This document shows positions 18,701 to 24,353 of a DNA stretch of 24,353 nt, one piece after another (position 1 is the first letter of the stretch; each line of letters begins with the position of its first letter). The position numbers were made by a program, and so were the translations under genes. The notes beneath the pieces were generated by a model. That model worked only from the letters and a program-made list of their open reading frames with translations. It was not told the origin of the DNA and ran no database searches. Source of the DNA: Candidatus Iainarchaeum sp. (GTDB taxonomy: Archaea > Iainarchaeota > Iainarchaeia > Iainarchaeales > DTGL01); contig JAOAJX010000008.1 in the NCBI GenBank assembly GCA_026413945.1, forward strand, positions 1 to 24,353, given 5' to 3'.

Positions 18701-19252
18701 AAAATAGATTCTATATGGAGCGAAGACATAAACTATTCAAATAATAGCAATGGTGACATAAATGTTACAATAAAATTGCCACCAAACTATGCTTTCTCAC
18801 TTTCTTATCCAGCTACCGGCTGTACTTATGGTAAAGGGAGCATTGATGAAGACAGCAGCTGCGATAGGGCTTACTTCGAGCCAACAGATCTTACAGGTCT
18901 TTCAGACCAAAACAAAGTGGATCCACAAGGCCAAAATTCATCAACCCCCTTTTTCGTTTATGATAACCAGAGCACAGGGGAAAATGACATGAATTTTACA
19001 CTGCATCTAAACTCTGCGCTGCCAAGCACACTTAAACTAAAGGTGTCGCAAAGCTATAATGGCTGGTACCTTACTTGCTCAGGCGATCCAGCTTCCAACT
19101 GTGTGGAAATAGATTCCACACCGAAGAATATTGGCAAGGCAATATATAGCACAGGCACCAAAGATCTCAATATTTTTATTTTTGCGGACTTTATTGGAGC
19201 TGGTGTTGGTACCACTGACAGAAATGCAATAAGCACAAGCATTGAGAGCTGA
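15704..19252 (+). CDS. Large secreted multidomain surface protein (Ig-like and MG2-like domains) ending in a subunit-like domain (candidate tip adhesin)
   Basis: Signal peptide, Ig-like domain, P/T/Q linker, WGLVAVNTEKSIYAPNETA (MG2-like) and no C-terminal TM helix. The last ~158 aa align with 14928..15566. Confidence 0.8.
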   Translation: MCLMHLDERARSSFFAVSLFLLLFTPLLTVFSDVANDNLVVQAPLEDLAEKEKKVPEIEISIVSPLNSESVSGLAVVIAVIQPISEVTSAWFEINGKELGELYKEKNFSSDFNTFAFVNGAYTFSVHACIGDYCSFEAIEIEINNQELQPTPAESPTVHQDSQTPEPTQQATTTPTVDENQAQIPSQPSEQEPEKKYSIRPSNIFSAAVFYDDKNEPIASGTDTVYVPAGTYNVSVSFFEFTVSEIKIAQALIESDAMLFEVDGNIDVNSITFNDQNFYLKEVIAFMSGLTFNEGSATFRLPPFSDAIFVCEDWDFQKKECGANFTLLAEVSGAEATIPFSQGQKAFVFAEKYEEEIVPPDFNADDFEKDLPESKIKKSGKKHFLLSKPRQKYLANEMPVFEFQALNDINEAADVEIEAYLIFPDGTETQIEMKKIQKKAKGLFNIIVPVPRSFKAGRYNLKVKIFDGNEVSEHSSSFEWGLVAVNTEKSIYAPNETAVFHIVVLDRESYGVSGAEVNLGVLFPDGETQTISTIDGTIAETTSAGVYIGEMRVGGEGIYKIMVQAKAQNIDAEIHSSFEVRQNVPFEIIRRAATKIDPAVQPNKVEIFIKASDAQKKITAREFVPAEFEIEKNKNFSIKTKGKEKIIEWKDVEFNADGEAKLTYYYSVPDRKPWLYNIGPIEIDYKAGAFTEARAWMIAVDANPTTIFFYRRSADWVPREPMPNAGQLPHYLLSSSWAGFGMNDVAGTTAQCHNNPSPGPTGSGAVALAGFTSPPLVTQSISATTWRITSDMNESAANDNAYPYTILMKWNRNDTPGTIIVSERRISGSELTTSIRRDSVSVTGSAVTFNRGDKLYVELDVNAVAGSTIVGTVCFGGNNAGTRDGNIISPSIRLAGNLDTAIVSPQNNSKKVINTDFDVNVRGTCINYSCGDTNVTLRYCINPDSGCLQWLDMNTDPNSPLYISSGSYFRRDDLLDVSDTNYFVFTIKGTQTGKYTIRSKIDSIWSEDINYSNNSNGDINVTIKLPPNYAFSLSYPATGCTYGKGSIDEDSSCDRAYFEPTDLTGLSDQNKVDPQGQNSSTPFFVYDNQSTGENDMNFTLHLNSALPSTLKLKVSQSYNGWYLTCSGDPASNCVEIDSTPKNIGKAIYSTGTKDLNIFIFADFIGAGVGTTDRNAISTSIES

Positions 19253-19261
19253 TGTGGTGAT

Positions 19262-20119
19262 ATGATAAAAAAATTTGCTTTCAGAGGCCATGAAAAAAAG
19301 CTTATTGTGGTTTTATTTGCATCTATGGCTGTTATATTCCTTTTTTTGTTTTTAGTTCCAGATAAAAAAATGACTGCAAATGTTATTGTTTCAAATCAAG
19401 TTGAAAGAGCAAATGACAAAACTTCCGCTGAGCAAACAGTTGATAAAGTCACCCCAGATACAGACCTTACAAGCCAAAATCCGATTTGGCAAATGCGCCT
19501 TAACTATGGAATTCCCTTAAGCGTTTTCGAGAACCTTCCTCAAGTGCCACATGACTTTAATGCTATAGTTTCACTTATGCACCGCAACGCTTATACCAAC
19601 TATGACTTTTTTTCAGAAAGATATTTTCTCCAACCTGAGTTTTACCCTTCTTTTACAGATACGGGCCTAATTTACTGGCAAAACCCAGATCCTAAACATT
19701 ATGCTGTGGCCGGCATTGGTTTCTTCCCTGGTACACAGCAAATAAAGGTTAAAAAAGGTAATTATTCTAAAACTAAAATTTTTTTGCACGCCGGCTTCGG
19801 AGTAAGAACGTATCAAGGCATAAAAATAAGTGCCTTTTTCGTTGATGATTGTAATGGAATTTCTTTTGAGCTGCCCAAAAAAGATTTTTTGATAGGCCCC
19901 AGCTATCCAAAATTTGATTCTCAATGGGCATTAGATATTCCAATAAAGATAAAAGCCAGTGAAAACACAGTAAAAAGCAATTGTGAGCTGAAGTTTAGGA
20001 TTGAAAAACCCTCTGAAGATAACAGCATAAAATGGCGCACAGCTTATGGAAAAAAATATTTTGAGACGGCAGAAGCCGGCGCAATAAATTCTACAAGCAT
20101 AACAATAAAAATAGAGTAA
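19262..20119 (+). CDS. Membrane-tethered protein of unknown family, paralogue B (candidate assembly chaperone)
   Basis: N-terminal TM helix. YGIPLSVF, QPEFYP, TYQGIKI and PSYPKF are shared with 13879..14826. Confidence 0.8.
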   Translation: MIKKFAFRGHEKKLIVVLFASMAVIFLFLFLVPDKKMTANVIVSNQVERANDKTSAEQTVDKVTPDTDLTSQNPIWQMRLNYGIPLSVFENLPQVPHDFNAIVSLMHRNAYTNYDFFSERYFLQPEFYPSFTDTGLIYWQNPDPKHYAVAGIGFFPGTQQIKVKKGNYSKTKIFLHAGFGVRTYQGIKISAFFVDDCNGISFELPKKDFLIGPSYPKFDSQWALDIPIKIKASENTVKSNCELKFRIEKPSEDNSIKWRTAYGKKYFETAEAGAINSTSITIKIE

Positions 20120-20128
20120 TACAAAACT

Positions 20129-21313
20129 TTATGAAATTACTTTCATCTCTTTTCCAATCTTCTCAAATTTCTCAAGGACTTCATCAAGATCTTCCTTTGA
20201 ATGCGCAGCCGAAACCATAGTTCTTATCCTAGCTTTGTCCCTTGCAACCATTGGGAAGACAATTGGCAATGCAAAAACACCTTCGTTGAAAAGGCGCTGG
20301 CTGAACTCAACAGCAACAGCACTATCGCCGAGTATTATTGGGGTTATGGGCGTTTCACTTTCACCAGTATTGAAGCCCAAAGAATTCATTTTTTTCTTGA
20401 AGTAATGCGTGTTTTTCCAGAGCTTTTTTACTAGAGAATCATCTTTTTCGAGAAGCTGGAGCGCGGCTGTGCAAGCAGCCACGGTTGCTGGTGGTGCAGA
20501 GCCGCTTAGCAGCCATGTCCTGCTTTTATTGTAAGCAAATTCACACATGTCTTTGCTTCCGCAGACGTAGCCACCAACAACACCAAAAGCCTTGCTAAAA
20601 GTACCCATCTCAAATTCTATTTTTCCATGAAGTTTGAAATGATCAACTATGCCCTTTCCTTTTCTGCCGAGAACCCCATCGCCATGAGCATCGTCAACAT
20701 AGACCATTGCGTTATGCTCATGCGCAATTTTCTCAATTTTGTCCAATGGTGCAATGTCACCATCCATGCTGAAGACACCATCAGTCAAAACCAACTTTTT
20801 TCCATAATTCTTTTTGTCGCTCTCTTCAAGAATTTGTTTTAGTGCCTCAACATTTTTGTGGGGATAAATCATTCTTTCCGCTTTGCTTAGCCTTGTTCCG
20901 TCAATTATGCTGCCATGGTTTAGTTCATCGCTTATTATAAGGTCGCCTTCAAGCATCATTGCAGGAATAAGGCCAGCGTTTACGGCGAAGCCGGTTTGGT
21001 AATATACTGCTGCTTCAGTTTCCTTAAAATTAGCGATTTCTTTTTCAAGTTCCAAATGCAATGACATTGTTCCTGCTATGGCTCTCACAGAGCCAGAGCC
21101 GACACCATACTTCTTTATAGCTTCAATGGCTGCTTTTTTTAGCTCAGGGTGGTTGCTGAGGCCAAGGTAATTATTTGAACAGAAAATAATGACTTCTTTG
21201 CCATCTACTTTACCTCTTGCTCCAGATGCCGTCTGAAGATTTCGCAGCACCCATTCAAGCTTTTTTTCCTTAAGCTCTTTCATTGAATTTCTAAAAAAAG
21301 CATTAGTGTCCAA
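20129..21313 (-). CDS. kbl: Glycine C-acetyltransferase (2-amino-3-ketobutyrate CoA ligase), class II PLP enzyme
   Basis: FCSNNYLGL, SDELNHGSIIDG, DGVFSMDGD, DDAHG, GTFSKAFG and KARIR. TTG start follows AAGGTGA. Adjacency to tdh favours kbl over bioF. Confidence 0.9.
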   Translation of the reverse strand: MDTNAFFRNSMKELKEKKLEWVLRNLQTASGARGKVDGKEVIIFCSNNYLGLSNHPELKKAAIEAIKKYGVGSGSVRAIAGTMSLHLELEKEIANFKETEAAVYYQTGFAVNAGLIPAMMLEGDLIISDELNHGSIIDGTRLSKAERMIYPHKNVEALKQILEESDKKNYGKKLVLTDGVFSMDGDIAPLDKIEKIAHEHNAMVYVDDAHGDGVLGRKGKGIVDHFKLHGKIEFEMGTFSKAFGVVGGYVCGSKDMCEFAYNKSRTWLLSGSAPPATVAACTAALQLLEKDDSLVKKLWKNTHYFKKKMNSLGFNTGESETPITPIILGDSAVAVEFSQRLFNEGVFALPIVFPMVARDKARIRTMVSAAHSKEDLDEVLEKFEKIGKEMKVIS

Positions 21314-21393
21314 AACATCACCTTAATACCTATACTTCAGATAAGGTTTTTATTGCTTTATAGCTTTAAAGTATAAGTCGTTTGGTGGTCTAG

Positions 21394-22428
21394 ATAAAGG
21401 CGATTATGAAAAGCAGGCCTGAAAAAGGCCTTAAACTTGTTGATGTTGACAAGCCAAGCCCGAAAAAAGATGAGCTTCTTGTTAAGGTGAGAGCCACATC
21501 TATTTGTGGCACAGATATTCACATATACGATTGGGGCCCCTGGGCACAATCAAGGATAAAACCACCTCTCATAGTTGGCCACGAAGTCGCTGGTGAGGTA
21601 ATTGAGTGCGGCAAAAATGTTCGCGGGTTTGAAAAAGGAGACTTGGTATCTGCTGAAACCCATATTTACTGCAATACCTGCTTCCAATGCAGAATTGGCA
21701 ATAGGCATGTCTGCGAAAAAATGAAGATTTTTGGGGTTGACATTGATGGGGTGTTTGCTGAATACGCTGTAGTGCCAGCACAGAACGCATGGAAAAATCC
21801 TAAAGGAATGAAGCCAGAAATTGCTTCAATACAAGAACCATTTGGAAATGCAGTCCATACTATTTTTGCTCCAAATACGAGAATTCAAGATGCAAGCATA
21901 CTTATTGCTGGGGCTGGGCCAATTGGTTGTTTTGCTGCGGGCATTGCAAAGGCAGAAGGGGCAAAGAAAATTATAATTTCGGATGTAAATGATTACAGGT
22001 TGGGCTTGGCTGAAAAAATGGGTGCAGATGTCCTTGTTAATGTGCGCAGCCAGAATGTTGTTGAAGTCGCAAAAAAGGAAACTGCTGGCAGAGGCATTGA
22101 TCTTTTTCTTGAAATGTCAGGTAGCCCACAAGCGCTTAATGATGGCCTCTCTGCGCTTAGGGTTGGCGGCACTGCTTCTATTTTGGGCGTTTTCGACAGC
22201 AAGGTTCAGATTGATGTTACTGATTCAATAGTTTTCAAGTATGTTCGAATCTTTGGCATAAATGGGCGCTTGATATTTGATACATGGAAAAAAACAAGCG
22301 AACTGATAAACAGCAAAAATGTTGATCCAAGGCCTGTGATCACGCATTCATTCAAGCTCAAGGACTTTGAAAAGGGCTTTGAGCTGTTGAAAGAAGGCAA
22401 AGCTGGAAAAGTAATCTTGGTTCCATAA
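21394..22428 (+). CDS. tdh: L-threonine 3-dehydrogenase
   Basis: SICGTDIHIYDW, GHEVAG, VSAETHIYCNTCFQCRIGNRHVC, GAGPIG and GKVIL. The first ATG is at 21406, but an in-frame ATA at 21394 restores the conserved KAIMK N-terminus (see findings). Confidence 0.95.
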   Translation: MKAIMKSRPEKGLKLVDVDKPSPKKDELLVKVRATSICGTDIHIYDWGPWAQSRIKPPLIVGHEVAGEVIECGKNVRGFEKGDLVSAETHIYCNTCFQCRIGNRHVCEKMKIFGVDIDGVFAEYAVVPAQNAWKNPKGMKPEIASIQEPFGNAVHTIFAPNTRIQDASILIAGAGPIGCFAAGIAKAEGAKKIIISDVNDYRLGLAEKMGADVLVNVRSQNVVEVAKKETAGRGIDLFLEMSGSPQALNDGLSALRVGGTASILGVFDSKVQIDVTDSIVFKYVRIFGINGRLIFDTWKKTSELINSKNVDPRPVITHSFKLKDFEKGFELLKEGKAGKVILVP

Positions 22429-22489
22429 ATTTGCAGCATTTTCTACAAAAAAATAAATACTTGAATGATGTTATTTTTGTGGTGATAAC

Positions 22490-22861
22490 ATGCCTAGAAG
22501 ACCAATAGTGCCAAAAAATAGGGTAAGTCCAAAAGACAAGAAGCAGGGTAATAAGCAAAATAGGGGCAACATGAAGCCAAGGCCAGTAGTTCTGCAGAGA
22601 ATAAAGGGCTTCGAGGCAAACCTTATGCTTATTCCTGAAGTGTTCAGAAAAGCAGGTATTGTGGGCTGTGTTGAAGTAGTACGTACTGCCATACCAGAGC
22701 TTGAGAGGAAAGTAAGAGAAGAAATAGCAAATGGTGCAGTATTCAATGGAAACCTTAGGGCAATTTTTATAGAAAAAGTCGCTGAAGCAATGAGAAGAGC
22801 AGGAGCCAAAGAAGCGCAAGTTGCTGAGTTCAGGCAAAAAGCATGGCAAGCAATATCATAA
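22490..22861 (+). CDS. Small basic hypothetical protein
   Basis: 123 aa with RBS GGTGA 4 nt before the ATG and an Arg/Lys/Pro-rich N-terminus. No family recognised. Confidence 0.7.
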   Translation: MPRRPIVPKNRVSPKDKKQGNKQNRGNMKPRPVVLQRIKGFEANLMLIPEVFRKAGIVGCVEVVRTAIPELERKVREEIANGAVFNGNLRAIFIEKVAEAMRRAGAKEAQVAEFRQKAWQAIS

Positions 22862-22878
22862 AAATCTCAAAGTTCTAA

Positions 22879-23478
22879 TTAATTCTTAATTATTATGTCA
22901 GCAATTCTCTTGCATGGCTCAACATATTTTTTGTGCATTGGCTCAACAGTTTCGGTAAATTGTTTTATTACCGATTCTCTGGTTCTGCCTCTTTCCTTAA
23001 CGTCTCTTTCAATTCTTCTTGCCAAGCGTTTTTTCTTTGGAGAGTCCACAAAAACCTTCAAATCCAGTTCACTGGCTAATTCTTTGGAAATTGCAAAAAG
23101 CCCGTCAACAATAATTATTTTGTCAGGCGTGAAATCCTCATAACCTGCTCTAGAATGGGTTTTAAAATCATAAACAGGCTTCTTAATAGTGTGCCCCTTT
23201 TTCAACTGACACAGGTGCTCTTTCAACAATTTTAAGTCCAAGGCATCAGGGCAGTCAAAATTTGGGCCGCTTATTGCAAGCCCTTTGTAATAATCGTCCA
23301 TTGGCAGGATTTTTCCACCAATCTTTTTTGACAAGTGCGTTTTGCCTGCGCCGCTGCCGCCGCTTATCCCTATTATTACGATGCTTTTTTTTCTTAAAAG
23401 GCCTTCAACAATTTTATTTAATTCGCAAAGGCCCGAATCGAAAGAAAAAGAGCGCAACCTAAAAATCTTTTTGTTCAT
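22879..23478 (-). CDS. udk: Uridine kinase family protein
   Basis: IIGISGGSGAGKT, MDDYY, NFDCPDALD, PVYDFKTHSR, RRIERDVKERGR and VEPMHKKYVEP. The start is uncertain (ATG 23478 chosen). Confidence 0.9.
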   Translation of the reverse strand: MNKKIFRLRSFSFDSGLCELNKIVEGLLRKKSIVIIGISGGSGAGKTHLSKKIGGKILPMDDYYKGLAISGPNFDCPDALDLKLLKEHLCQLKKGHTIKKPVYDFKTHSRAGYEDFTPDKIIIVDGLFAISKELASELDLKVFVDSPKKKRLARRIERDVKERGRTRESVIKQFTETVEPMHKKYVEPCKRIADIIIKN

Positions 23479-23614
23479 CGTGCGTTTAAGCCCGCGAACC
23501 AAGCAAAACACTTCTGGTTTATTTAAATACACACTAATTAATTATTTATGCTTAACTGTTGAAAAACAGGGAAAACTGAAATGCTTTATTTAAATAAGCC
23601 ATCATAAAAAGACT

Positions 23615-24064
23615 TTATCCTAAGCCCAGTAGTTTCCTCATTTCTTTGTATGGCGGCGGAGCCCTGAGTGCTGCAGCTATTCTCAATCTATTTTCATCAC
23701 CCTCGCTAATTTGGTATCGTTTAAGCATATCCCTGGTTCTTTTCTCCTGATGGTAGATTTTTTCCCTTACAGCATCCCACTCTTGTGGAGTCATGCTTTC
23801 AAAGACCTTTTTTTGTGCTGCTGTGAGCGCTCTTCTGTCCCTAAAAAACAATCCACTAAAAAGGGGCGCTATGGTTTGGTTGTTTGAAGCACCTGGTTTA
23901 ATATATTGTTCTTCGCCCAAACCAATTTTTAAGAATCTGTTCCACAAATTACAGCCCAAATTGACTTTAAACACGAATAAATGGCTTGGCTTGATTAGAT
24001 TGGGCGAACCGAAGAAGACTTGATTTTTTTTCTTTAAATTAGTACCAATGACGCAACAATGCAT
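23615..24064 (-). CDS. Basic hypothetical protein (true start probably downstream of 24064)
   Basis: The C-terminal ~100 aa look like a charged helical protein. The N-terminal part looks non-coding. Confidence 0.45.
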   Translation of the reverse strand: MHCCVIGTNLKKKNQVFFGSPNLIKPSHLFVFKVNLGCNLWNRFLKIGLGEEQYIKPGASNNQTIAPLFSGLFFRDRRALTAAQKKVFESMTPQEWDAVREKIYHQEKRTRDMLKRYQISEGDENRLRIAAALRAPPPYKEMRKLLGLG

Positions 24065-24115
24065 GTTCAGGCAAGCTTTAAAAACACAAGAAAATTAATA
24101 ATATTGGTGATTTTA

Positions 24116-24327
24116 ATGGAAACATGGAAAATATTTGAAATTGTCTGGCTACTTTTTTATTATGTGCGCTTTTGATGTCGATATTCCTTACCGGAAGACC
24201 TAACTGCTACTATCTTGTTCCGCTTCCATCTTATATAGCTGGTGCTGTTTTTTTGATTATCTCATATCAAATGAAAATACTCGACAAACTCGAGAAAATC
24301 TATCCTGAAGGCAAAAAGGCAAAGTAA
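24116..24327 (+). pseudogene. Small two-TM membrane protein gene split by a frameshift in a T6 run
   Basis: RBS GGTGA then ATG 24116 gives METWKIFEIVWLLF, stopping after 19 codons. One extra T at 24153-24158 continues it as LLCALLMSIFLTG...YIAGAVFLIISYQMKILDKLEKIYPEGKKAK to TAA 24325-24327 (70 aa). Confidence 0.55.
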
Positions 24328-24353
24328 AGAAGTGGTTTAATTGGCAGTTATAA

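Overview
A gene-dense, AT-rich archaeal window. The evidence is an archaeal-type short DnaK, a single-domain KaiC/RAD55-type ATPase, GGTGA/GGAGG ribosome-binding sites and TATA-like boxes. The Cys-rich, D-x-N-rich surface proteins suggest a DPANN-like lineage such as Iainarchaeota/Diapherotrites, but that is inference only. Recognisable genes: an HDAC-family deacetylase, a flavodoxin-like protein, grpE-dnaK with a convergent dnaJ, a membrane-anchored CPHC thioredoxin, a KaiC-like ATPase, divergent kbl and tdh, and udk. Two things stand out. (1) A divergent five-gene surface locus (11784-20119) whose internal homologies fit a donor-strand-type pilus or fibre system. It has a 212-aa secreted subunit; a 1182-aa protein ending in a homologue of that subunit; two paralogous membrane-tethered Ig-like proteins, each directly downstream of a subunit-domain gene; and a 688-aa membrane-anchored protein whose predicted mature N-terminus copies the subunit's N-terminal strand. 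(2) A 1042-aa beta-helix/PKD surface protein with a 113-residue tract that is about 85% Tyr+Trp. I saw no rRNA, tRNA, CRISPR array or mobile element. All alignments and counts were done by eye and no database search was run.
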